Positions 37,796 through 49,406 of a DNA stretch of 64,000 bases are shown piece by piece; position 1 is the stretch's first letter; every line of letters starts with the position of its first letter. The notes beneath the pieces were generated by a model that was given only the letters and a program-made list of their open reading frames with translations, did no database searches and had not been told where the DNA came from. The position numbers were made by a program, and so were the translations under genes. Source of the stretch: Lytechinus pictus (Eukaryota); the NCBI RefSeq assembly GCF_037042905.1, contig NW_026974140.1:994001-1058000 (forward strand), read 5' to 3'.

Positions 37796-40700
37796 GGCCC
37801 GTATTCCATAAACGAGATAAGCTTTTTGCTTAAGTCTTAGCAATTTGTCTTAGCATTTTGCTTGTCTAAGAAATCTTCCCTTAACGATATTCTATAAACT
37901 TTAAGACATTTGTCTCAAGTCAGACGATATGGCTAAGCCAAAGTCTCAAAGTCAAATTCTATGACCTTCTAAACTGCTGCAGGGGTGACTGCAACAAAAT
38001 AGCAAAAATGTAATTGAAGTTGTTTTTTCTTAACAATTTTAATTTTATTGAAATTAATTACAACTATTGTAGTAAAAGAAGAGCATTCATCACCCATATA
38101 TGGTAAGAATTTTTTATTCAGATTATCTATATTTTGTTAGTACCAAAACATTTCAATCCCAAACCGAGTGACTTGCACAGTTTTTTATGTATCAGTCCCA
38201 TTCATTACTTTTCATGTATTGTTTGTCAGAATCTAAATGGAATAGATTCCTCTCGACATCTTTATTCTACTTTAGTTGAAGTAGACCTAGGGTCTAAGGG
38301 AAAACATTTGTAACTTTTGAGAATAGTCTTGGGTCTAACATTAGGCCTAGATCTAGCCTAGGCCCAAGATCTACAACTAATATCCGTCTGTTTGGAGGAG
38401 AATTGAACATTGTCTTTACTTTTTACTTTCCTGAAGGCTGAAGCAAAACGTAACTTTGTTAGTCTAGTGCCGTAGTGGAGCAACTGAGACTGAAGCTACA
38501 TAGGCCTAGATCTAACGATAGACCTAGGCCTATATTAGTATTGGTCTAGGCCTAGAACATGCAGGACTAAGCCTGGCTTAGCCTTAAGACAGGGATAGAT
38601 CTATCTAGGTATACATGTAGGTCTAGAATAGATCTGACTTAGACCAAAAGCTTCAGTCTCCGACTGTATTTTGGTTGTTCCGCTATTACGAGTACGACAC
38701 TAAACAGTCTAACGTTATGTTGGCCTAGTCTCACCAATGTTATATGACAGTAAATGTCAGAAACTTTTAAATAAATCCCCAGAAACGACGGTTATTCCTG
38801 TCAACAGTGTTAACGTTAGATCTATCGCTATGCATTGCTTGCCAACTATGCCTAAAGTTAGATCTAGTCCTAGTAGTAGTCTAGACATCTATCTAGATCT
38901 ACTCCTGCTTTAGGTCCATCTGTTTGGAGTTTTTATTTTATACATTTTGAGGACTTGTTTAGATCTAGGTTTCCAGGACTAGAAAACACTGGCAACAGCT
39001 CAGTCTAGACTAGGGCCTAGATTTATATAAGAATTTAGATCTAGGGCCAAGCCTGTGCTTTCTTCTATTCATTCTAGATTCTATTTCTAGCCTATCCGTT
39101 GGCCCTAACGTTAGGACTGGCTGATCTAGTCTACTGTTTGATCTACAAATATAAGACTCTAACCTAGGCCTAGATCTAGACTAAATGACTTACTCACTTA
39201 GACTAAAAGTTAGACCCTATCTAGATCTAGAAGTAGAACTATACCAATCAAGGTGTACATAGGGTCATAGTAATAGGTCTAGATCTAGAGACTTGTAGAC
39301 TCTATCTCAATGTAGATTCTAGATCTAAAAATAGTAAATGTAGGCTAGATCTAGTCTAGTTCTACTCATCTAACGTTAGGCCTGAGAAAGGAAGTAGGCT
39401 AGGGATCTAGCATTGGATTATTTATAGGACTAAAGGATCTTGATCTATGCTTAGATCTAAACTAGGGGCTGTAGTTCGAAATCTTGAGGTCTAGCCCCCC
39501 CCCCCCAAAAAAAAAAAAAAAAAATAGAACTAAGCCCTCAGCTACATGTAGTTCTCTATGTAGCCAAACAAAAGTTAGCATTGACCATTACTTAATCTTT
39601 TTTTGGCGTATACATGTAGTTATCATACAAACACATATTTTGATGAATGAGAAAATGTGTCTTGCAGATTATTTTAGCTCAAAACCTACATTTCATGGAC
39701 ATATAGGCCAATGTCATAAAATGAAGAAGTAGTTCAATACACATCATGCTGTTTACACATTTATTGATCTGATATGCTGTTACCATGGCAACACATTTTC
39801 CAATATATGTCTTGCAGATCTACACCTCAAAATCAATGTGTGAGCCAACTTTTATAAGAATTGGTAAAACTAATAAAGGGATTCAAACCACAAGATTTTC
39901 ACCTAATTTCATTATATAATATGTTGTTACCTTGGCAACACGATTTCTGATACAGACAAAAATAGTCTTGCACATCTTCAACTCAAGACTATTGTGTGTG
40001 CCAAATTTCATGAGCATTGGTTGAAAAAAGATGAAGGAGTTCGAACTACAAGATTTTCACCTTATTTTCGTTATATAATATGTTACCATAGCAACACGAA
40101 TTCTGATACAGGTAAAAGTATGTCTTAGAAATCTTCAACTCAAGACTATTGTGTGCGCCAACATTTTAGGAGAATTGACCAGTTGAAAACTGATAAAGTA
40201 ATTCAAATCACAAGATTTTCATCTAATTTTTGTTATTTTATTTGTTGCCATGGCAACGCAATTTTTTATAAAGGCATAAAATATACTTTGCACATCTTCA
40301 CATCAAGACTAATGTTTGTGCCACATTTCATGAGAATTGATTAAAAACTGAAGAAGTCGTTGGAACTGCAAGATTTTTACATAATTTTTGCCCTAATATA
40401 CCGTTACCATGGCAACACAATTTCCGACACATGCAAAATGGTGTCTTGCACATCTTTTCCTCAAATCCAATGTGTGAGCCAACTTTCATGAGAATTGGTA
40501 GAAAACTGATGAAGTAATTTAAACTTTAAATTTTGGCCATAATATACTGTTACCATGGCAACACAATTTCCGACACATGCAAAATTGTGTCTTGCACATC
40601 TTTTCCTCAAATCCAATGTGTGAGCCAACTGTCATGAGAATTGGTAGAAAACTGATGAAGTAATTTAAACTTTAAATTTTGGCCATAATATACTGTTACC

Positions 40701-41168
40701 ATGGCAACACAATTTCTGAAAAAGCAAAAAAAAAATTATTACACCTCCTTACCTTAAGACCAATGTGTGTTCCAAATTTCATGAAAATCGGTTAAAAACT
40801 GAGGAAGTAGCTCGAAATGCAATATAGGTATAAATTCAAAAAAAAAATTGGCCATGATTTGTTGGATTTAAACCAGGTTGTCTTAAAACAATTAAGACAA
40901 CTCACAACTGTCTTAAAGTTAGGGCTAAATTCTTAGCCATGTTGTATTTATGAAATACAGACTCTGCAGTTTTAAGAAAAGTTACTTAGCCATTCATCCT
41001 ATATCTGTCTTAGTCGCGCAAAACCTCTTAGCCAAATTCTAAGACAAAATTCTTAGCCAATTCTTTATGGAATACGCGTTTTGGCTAAGAATTTTGTCTT
41101 AGACAGAAAATAAGACAAAATGCTTAGATTTTTGAAAGCAGGCTTATCTCGTTTATGGAATACGGGCC
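37796..41168. mobile_element. 3.4-kb PIF/Harbinger-group non-autonomous element, CTG TSD
   Basis: 27-bp TIR ggcccgtattccataaacgagataagc / gcttatctcgtttatggaatacgggcc; TSD CTG at 37793-37795 and 41169-41171. Confidence 0.9.
39640..40830. repeat. ~120-125-bp tandem repeat (gttaccatggcaacac / tttcatgagaattgg)
   Basis: About 9-10 diverged units; two are near-identical, ~136 bp apart, at ~40403 and ~40549. Confidence 0.85.
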
Positions 41169-41299
41169 CTGGGCTCCCGCCCGCTGCGCTTCAGTATCAG
41201 CCCCAGTGCTTCGCAGCTTGGCAGTTCATAAAAAACATATATGATTTGCCAGACGTCATGACCGGCACAATCACTACAGCTAGCTCAGTTAGAGATTTT

Positions 41300-41872
41300 C
41301 AAAGTTTCTGCAAAGATTAATAGTTAAAACTTGGGCATAAGAGTAATCAAGTATCATTGAATATCCTGTGCGAGTTTAAGTTCACATAACCAAGGTCAAA
41401 GGTCATTAGGGTCAATGTACTTCGGTCATGTTGGTTGTATTTGTTGAATTTCCATTGTAACTCAGAATTTTTATGGACCTACTTCATAAAACTTAGACAT
41501 AAGAGTAATCAAGTATCACTTAATATCCTGTGCGAGTTTCAGGTCACATGATCAAGGTCAAAGATCATGTAGGGTCAATGAACTTTAGCCGTGTTGGGGG
41601 TATTTGTTGAATTTCCATTGTAACTCGGAATTTTTATGGATCTAGTTCATAAAGCATAAACATTAGGGTAATCAAGTATCAGTTATTGTTTTCGGCACAT
41701 CTTACATCACATTATAATGGTCAGTCATTTTGGGTCAATGGAATATTATCTTATCACATGAAGATTTCCTTTTTTCAATAATTATTCAATACCCGTTTTC
41801 GAAGTCTGCTTAGCTCTGCTGCCTTTTCTAATCGCATACTGCAGGCGAGACTGCCAGAGGCGTTCCACTTGT
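41300..41872 (+). mobile_element. 3' part of a HINE-like element
   Basis: Repeated aaacttgg..gtaatcaagtatca..aaggtcaaaggtca units ending gcaggcgagactgccagaggcgttccacttgtt followed by a T-run. Confidence 0.6.
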
Positions 41873-41930
41873 TTTTTTTTTTTTTTTTTTGGGGGGGTTG
41901 CTTAGGGAACATTTTGCTTGAATTTGCGTA

Positions 41931-42502
41931 AGGACAAGTCCACCCGAACAAAATTGATTTGAATAAAAATAGAAAAATCCAACAAGCACAACATTGAAAA
42001 TTTCATCAAAATCGGATGTAAAATCAGGAAGTTATGACATTTTAAAGTTTCGCTTAATTTCACAAAACAGTTATTTGCACATCCTGGCTGATATGTAAAT
42101 GAGGAGACTATGACGTCATCCACTCACTATTTCTTTTGTTTTTTATTATATGAAATATTAGAATTTTCTTCTCATTGTCAAGTGATACGATTAATTCCTC
42201 CCTGAACATGTGGAATTACCATTGTTTATTACTATATGGTTCAGTCAAGTTGGTCCTTATTGTCAAATCTATGAAAAATGAAATATTGTATAATTCAAAC
42301 AATAAAAAAACAAAAGAAATGGTGAGTGATGGACATCATCGACTGACTCACCTAGTTTTGCATATCACTGTTTTGTGAAATATAAGCGAAACTTTAAAAT
42401 GTCATAACTTGTTTTACATCAGATTTCGATGAAATTTTCAGCACTATACTAGTTTGATTTTTCTCAATTTAAATCAACATTTTCCTTGGGTGGACTTGGC
42501 CT
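41931..42502. mobile_element. TTAA MITE family A
   Basis: aggacaagtccaccc...gggtggacttggcct|TTAA; colinear with 4221-4802. Confidence 0.87.
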
Positions 42503-42589
42503 TTAAAGTGTTTTATTTACTCTCAACAAGAAATGGCAATATTTTTGATGCAGGTCCAGGAAAAAAAGTTGCTGGTCAAAAATCCAAGA

Positions 42590-43282
42590 TATTTACCTAC
42601 CAGCCGAGTATTTTGCTTTAGAAACACTCAAAATGTTGACATCCGAAAATAGGTTTTATTGCGCTCCTCGCCTTTGCTTGCTAGCGGCCTGAAGTATGAA
42701 AGGTTGTGATTACATGTGCGTGGTGTATGCACAAAAACCTAATTCTTTTTTTTTTTCAGAATACGATTTTGAATTTTTAAAATGATTTTCACATGAATGT
42801 TACTTTGCAAGTATTTCCTGCCTAAATTCATGAAAAGTACAGGTCTAGACAAGTTTTGAGCAGGCCATCTTTTATTGCCGTTTTGTGGGCTATCACTACT
42901 GTTATATCACACAGATCTCTTCCACACAATTTGAATGCAGATCTGGATGGATGAAAAGCTGTGCTAAATAAGCAGCAAAAAAAAATTATTTAAACAGTTG
43001 TATAGACCTGTATTTTTATCAATTGATGTAAGCAGGGAATACTTGAAAAGTAACATGCATGTAAAAATCGTTAAAAATATAAATTTTGTTTTCTGGAAAA
43101 AAAAATTATATAACTTTTTTTTTATTTTTTACAAGCACATGTAATCACAACCCTTTTTCCTCCCCATAGGATGTCATAGTATTCAGGCTGCCGGCACGCA
43201 AAGGCAAGGAGCGCCATAATACATATTTTCAAAAGTCAATTATTTTAGTGTTTCTAAAGCAAAATAATCACCTGGTAAGCAG
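42590..43282. mobile_element. Palindromic MITE (~0.7 kb)
   Basis: attttgctttagaaacact, ctcgcctttgc and gtgattacatgtgc are mirrored at the right end (gcacatgtaatcac, gcaaaggcaaggag, agtgtttctaaagcaaaat). Confidence 0.72.
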
Positions 43283-43828
43283 TGAATAAGCCTGTAATTT
43301 ACTTTGGGGTATTTTTTAGCTCATAAGCTTTCAACTTGTTAGTTTCATATTTTGCTCTGGTTGGGTTCTTCAATATTTGAATATTAGATATATGAACTTA
43401 TTTGTCGGTCATGATACTTATTATGATGACAATATCTTATTCATTTCAAAATATGCTGTATGAATGTGTACCAGAGAAATTTGATAACAGGTAATTATTT
43501 AGTTATACCACTCAAAATTTTGGTCTCTGAATTGTGGTTAGTTTATTGGATTTTTTTTATACAATATACCAACACATTTGCATTTGGACTATTGTACATA
43601 AATTCAGTCATTTTACGTAAAAGAGAACATGAGGGGTATTTGCCTAGACATCTGACATGCAGTTTTGATTTTATGGTATACTAGTAAATGATTGGCATTG
43701 CAAGTTCTTGAGTATATATTGCAAAAAGGCCTTCCGAGTTTATTATCCATCTTATTTCAACTGAGTGCATTACATAACACTGTTTAGGCACAGAACAGAA
43801 GCATGCAGGTTGACAAAGTGGCAATCAG

Positions 43829-44098
43829 GGGCCCGTATTACAAAGAGTTACGATTGATTCAATCAATCGTAGCTCTATGGAAATCCATCAGTGTCATAAA
43901 TTTTTCTACAGGAAATTTGCACAGTGTCCTTTGTAAACAAAGAGAAGCACCGTGAATTTTTAAGAAAACAATTAATGCATGAATATACATCATAGCTAGA
44001 AAATATTTTGAACAAGTATTCATAACACATGTTGACATTGCTGGTCGTCCATAGTTGCGATTGATCGGATCACTCGCAACTCTTTGTAAGACGGGGCC
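43829..44098. mobile_element. Harbinger-group MITE with CAG TSD
   Basis: CAG|gggcccgtattacaaagagtt...aactctttgtaagacggggcc|CAG. Confidence 0.85.
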
Positions 44099-45424
44099 CA
44101 GGTCTAGAAGTTATGACAAACCCACTGATATGCTACAATTTGAAGGATGGTTTGTTCGAAGTCACATTCAATCCTCAACATTCATGACAGTATGCACACT
44201 GTAACACTTGTCCTTGAATAGTCAGAACAAACCTCCTTTCAATTGTGCACCCATCCAACACTTTTTGAAATCATGGATGGAATGTATTTAGTGATTTGAA
44301 ACTTAAATTCAATATTGTTTCATATTGTTCCATACTTTAAGTAATGTAAATGCTTAAAGTAATTCTTAAAGTTCCATACTTAAAGCAAATGTATAGGCAT
44401 TTGCAATTTGACTTAAATATTGAATAAATTGCTTTATTGAATGATGATGTTGAATTAAAATATGACATTTCTACATTATTCATCTGGTTTTTCATTGAAA
44501 TGAATCTCAAATTAAGCATTTGTTAATTGTCATTCTTCAAATTTAAATGTATTGTGTAAAGTCGTTTCATTTACTTTGTTTTAAGTTTTACAAAGAATCT
44601 CGGTAGTTATACTTATCTATTTTATATCAAATATATGTATCAAATGATCAAATTGGTTATTTTTACTCCCTTTTTCTGTAATAAAATGCACCAACAAAAC
44701 AATATATACCAATTATTGAAACGTTAAGGAACAATTAAGCAGCATAAGTTTAACCAACATCATGTGAAGCGTATGATGGTGAATGATAGCAGTTTGGAAC
44801 TTCAGTTCATCATCAAATGATTAATCTTAATTCAACAGCACAAATCATTTCGTTTAAGCAAGAATAAAAATAAGAATAACCAACAATTGGTGAAATCTTT
44901 AACTAAAAATCACCAACATCATGCAAACTAAAAACAAAATTGACCAAAATTGGTTAAAAATTTGAACTGATATTAACCAACAAACCATATAAGTTTAATC
45001 AACATCAGGTGAATTGAAAGAAAAATGAACCCCAAAATGGTTAAAACTGAGTAACAACCTTTTGTAAATTTAACTAACATCGTGTGAACTAAAAAAATTG
45101 TAACCAACAAATGGTTAAAACTTACCAACAATGGCTTGAAATAACCATCATCATGCAAATTCGAAAAAAAAAATTATCCAACAAAAGGTTAAATATTTAA
45201 CCAACAATTTGTTTTAGTTTAATCAACACAAGTTTAACCAAAGTTGAGCGAAATACCATCAACCAACAAATGATTAAAACTTTTAATCAACTACAGGTTA
45301 AACTTTAATCAACAGGGTGTTGATCAAAGTTTTAACCTACAAATGTGTGGTTCATAGGGTAATCTTTGGTTGATTAAAAATTTAACCAACAAGTATAGAA
45401 ATTTTAATCTCCGTTCTAACAGTG

Positions 45425-45730
45425 TACGATGGGAGGAGATATGCAGGAATTCCATCTTGTTATCGTTAAGGAATAGATAATTCACAGTCATCCAGGAACG
45501 AATGACACCAAGACAATCTTCCAGTTTCTGTAACATTCGGAGAGCTTGTCCAGAATTGAATGAGATATGTAATTGTTGTCATCAGCATATATCATAGACG
45601 AGAAACCATAGGAATTAATAAGATCTTCCAACGGTGTCGTTTAGCATGTAAGAGTTTCAGGCCCGATAACCGAACCTTGCGGCACCCCCCATTTGAGTAG
45701 AGTAGGATCAGATCGTGAGCCATCAGTGAG
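45425..45730 (-). mobile_element. L2 LINE RT portion (upstream half of 30675-31476)
   Basis: GVPQGSVIGP, YADD and LEDCL..IRSWM..NYL.LN..K.EF motifs. Confidence 0.88.
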
Positions 45731-46354
45731 TCGTGAGTCGAGCCGAGTTAGATCCCACGGTACAGTGCCAGTCAGTCCGCAGCTCGTCCGAAAGTATTTT
45801 ATTCAGCGGTATGCATAGCCAGCCATCCGTGATTTAAGGCATATGTATATACGTAATTAGACAAAAAGCTTCGGTCTCTGTTATGTTCGTTGTTTCATTT
45901 CATTTTATTTCATTTCGTTTATTTCCATTTTCAACAATTACAGTTTATTTTGTACATTTTAACCTATAAATAACAAAACATATTTCAAGTATTCCTGTAC
46001 AAAAATTATATTCAAGATTATTACATATCAGGTTGGAAATGGAGGAGGCTGCTAAAAAGCGGAGCTTGTAGAGTGCAGCCTCCTAATAAATATTCTTGTA
46101 GTTGCATAACATATAAAAATCAAAATAACAACTAGAGCATGAACCAGTTAAATTAAAAGGAAATAGGGGAAATTAAAATAGAAAAGGAAATCAGAAAAAG
46201 AGAGATTAAAGGTCTCCAGAATCCAGCCCCAGCACTCACAGACGGACCTCGTTGATCAACAGGAAAACGAAAGAGATGTAAAAGCGTACGTGACATGATA
46301 ATCATGTTTGATTTAAAAAAAAAATACAAGAGTTTGAGTGATGAAGAGTTAAAT

Positions 46355-49300
46355 TCAATGGTTATCTTGGAGAAATTTTTTGAACTTATATTTGAAAGAA
46401 TTAAGGCTTGGTGATTTTTTGATGTTTTTATTAATAGTTCCCCAGAGTCTAGGGCCTTCAAAAGTAAAAATAGATTTTGCAAGGATGGTCCGGGGTAGTG
46501 GTAAATGGAATTCATCTGATTGACGTGTGGGATATTTGTGAAGAGTTTTGTTTTTGTTAAATGAAGAATTAAATATGAATGGTAACATATTATTGTTTAA
46601 CTGATACATGAATTGACCTAAGTTATATTGGTACAGTGTTTTTATTTTTAGAATGTTGTTGTTAAAAAACAACTCATCTGTGTGAGATCTCCAGGACAAG
46701 TTGAAAATAACACGCAATGCCTTCTTTTGTAAAAGTAATATTCTATCAAGGTAGGTTGAGTGTGTATTTCCTCAAACAATTGATCCATAATTTAAATATG
46801 GTAAAATTAATGTTGAATAAAGCATTTTTAGGGAGGAAGTTGGAAGAAAAAATTTGACTTTGTTAATAACACCAATATTGCATGAAATTGTACGACATAT
46901 AAAGTCAATGTGTGTTTTCCAAGATAATTTGTTGTCTATTATGAGACCTAAAAATTTTGTTGTAGTAACAACTTCAATGTCTTTATTTTCCAATTTGATA
47001 TTAGATGGCAATTGTTCTAAAGAATTGCTAAAAAGCATGCATTTCGTTTTTTGTACATTAATTGACAATTTGTTAGCCCTAATCCATTGTACCAATTTAT
47101 CCAGTTCAGTGTTTAGTACATTTATTAAAATATCGGGGTTAGGATGAGAGTATAGTACATTTGAATCATCTGCAAAAAGGACATAAGATAATATTTCAGA
47201 GGAGTTCTGGATGTCATTTATATAGATTATGAATAAAAGAAGGCCCAGGAGGCTGCCTTGGGGAACACCCCAGTTAACATTTTGTAGAGAAGAATTTCGT
47301 TCATTTATGCTTACGAATTGTTTACGATTTACGAGGTAGTTTCTGAACCACTGCAAGGCCTTCCCACGAACTCCGTAATTTTCAAGTTTGTAGAGCAGTA
47401 TTTCATGATTTATAGTGTCAAAGGCCTTGGAGATGTCAAGAAAAACACCTATTGTATGTTCAAAGTTGTCAATAGCTTTTGTGATTTTGTCAATAAATGA
47501 GAGAGTGGCATGAGATGTACTATGTTTTTGGCGAAATCCAAATTGAAAATCAGAGATTATATTATATTTTTTCAAAAAATTTAATAATCTTGTGTAGATC
47601 ACCCTTTCCATAACTTTAGACATAGTAGGTAATAAAGCTATCGGTCTATAGTTACATACATTAATCTTTTCTCCTTTTTTGTGCACTGGTATTATCTTTG
47701 ATATTTTCATATTGTCAGGCACGACGCCATTACTTAAAGAAAGGTTGAATATGTATACTAATGGATCAACAATATATTCTATAACATTCTTTAATAAAAT
47801 ATTGTCAATACCATCGTGACCACAGCTTTTTTTGTTTTTTAAGTTGTTCACTATATCTATTATTTCATTTCTATGTACTGGTACTAAAAATATAGAATTA
47901 GGGTTTGGTTGGTGAATGAAATCTGTAAAAAAAATTTGTGTTAATGGTATATTGTCTGCAAGACTTTTGCCAATTTGTGTAAAGTATTGATTAAATATAT
48001 CAGCTATACGAAAAGAATCATGAATTTCAACATTATTGTGCTTTATTGTTTTTATGCGTGCTTTTGTGCTTTGTTTATTTATGGCAGTGTTTATTGTTTT
48101 CCATGTTTTATTGATGTCGTGTTTGAAACGAATTAATTGATTTGTGAAATATTTTCGTTTTTCACTCCGCAATAATTTAGTGAGGGTATTTTTATATGTA
48201 GTATATTTACGATGTGACTTTTCTGAGCGATTAATTTTATCGGCATAGTATAAGTTATTTTTGCGATTTATTGATCGTAATATTGATTTCGATATCCAAG
48301 GAAGTCTTGGACTCTTTTTATAATTATTACATTTACTGACCAATGGTACATGTCTATCTAAATTTGAAGTAAAAAATTTCATACATATATTATATGCTGT
48401 ATTTGTATCTTGAGAACTGAATGCCTCAGACCAATCCGCGTCTTCAAGACCATCTTTTAAGCTCTGTAAATTATTTGGTGTTAGTCGTCGGAATTTATGT
48501 TGCGGGGTATCTTTTTTTGCTAACCTAAACGGAGTTCTTGAAAATATCGGGAAATGGTCAGAAATATCAGATAAGATTATTACAGACTCGGGTAGAGGAG
48601 AAACATTACAAAAAATATTATCAATAAGGGTTGCAGATTGGTTAGTAACCCTAGTGGGTTTTGTTACCAATGGTAAAAAGGATGATGAAAGCATGAAATC
48701 CAAAAATTCATGTGACCTATTGTGATTAGATTTAGATATGTCTATATTAAAGTCACCTACCACATAACAATCTTTATTATAAAAAACCGGATTTTGTAGA
48801 AAGTCTTGCAAGTATTCAAAAAAATTATTTGTGTTGGAGTTAGGAGGTCTATAAAATACTGCGATCATTATGTTTTTAGAGTTTGGTACCCGAAGTTCAA
48901 TGATAAGAGATTCAGCAATTTCATTCATACAATTAAGATCATTGTGAGTAAAATATTCTAGTCGTTCATTGATATAGATACCTACCCCTCCTCCCCGTGT
49001 ATTACCCCTATGGTTTTCTACAAATGTGTAACCAGGAAGTGAGTATTAAACCATCAGATTCCTGTGATAACCATGTCTCAGTTAGCGCGATTATGGACAT
49101 TTTGGTTTGTGAAGATGAATCGGATAAAAGGCGTAAATTGTCGAAATTAGAGCTCAAGCTCCTTATATTCATGTGCATTATTGAAAGTGTATTTGTAGAT
49201 TTATCAAGATAATTAAATTGATTTATTGTAAAGTAATTCGAACTTGGATAATTATAGTCGTTATTTTCATTTAAATCTGCAGCTAAATTCATCTCCATTG

Positions 49301-49406
49301 ATACGAGATTTTCAAAAGAAGAATTGTTGTTAGTATTTTGGGTTTCGTAAAACAAATTGTAAAACTCATCATCATTCAACACTGAAAAGGGGAAATTTTC
49401 AATCAC
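46355..49406 (-). pseudogene. LINE ORF2 (APE endonuclease + reverse transcriptase), ~1015 codons, two inactivating lesions
   Basis: NIRSL, ALTETWL, YRPP, GDFN, SDH, NYRPI, QFGFR, KAFD, GVPQGS and FADD motifs. A +1 frameshift near 49047 and TGG>TGA at 46772-46774; the frame continues into ORF 46355..46717. Confidence 0.93.

Larger units (their letters stand above)
37308..41188. mobile_element. ~500-bp near-perfect palindromic element with 9-bp TSD (expanded by a nested insertion)
   Basis: TSD cttcagtat at 37299-37307 and 41189-41197. 37330-37565 mirrors 37575-37795 plus 41172-41188. Confidence 0.85.
33664..41320 (+). pseudogene. Decayed multi-exon accessory gene of the second EnSpm-like element (SAMD3-like type)
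   Basis: Exon-like blocks: 33664-33852 (EWMKHNTSPGTKVAQYMDETSAFRYHWI..EILE / WPRLL); ~35123-35274 (LFTKWTTVSQAVIKYA); ~35810-35927 (NLALSVLPVIF); 37111-37307 joined to 41198-41320 (SLVKAVDFAF / KLTYILDLQY|QPQCFAAWQFIKNIYDL..stop). Confidence 0.62.
31477..45424. mobile_element. 13.9-kb non-autonomous CACT-terminus EnSpm-like transposon inserted in L2
   Basis: CACTCTTAAAA / TTCTAACAGTG termini; TA TSD (31475-31476, 45425-45426); aaccaaca subterminal repeats at 44690-45400; the L2 reading frame rejoins across it (EFLHISSHR|RHTPELPSIQI). Confidence 0.88.

Noticed and set aside
46854..47500. Plus-strand ORFs, also seen at 2155-2757 on the minus strand
   Set aside because: Antisense shadows of the LINE RT; they recur only because the LINE is duplicated.
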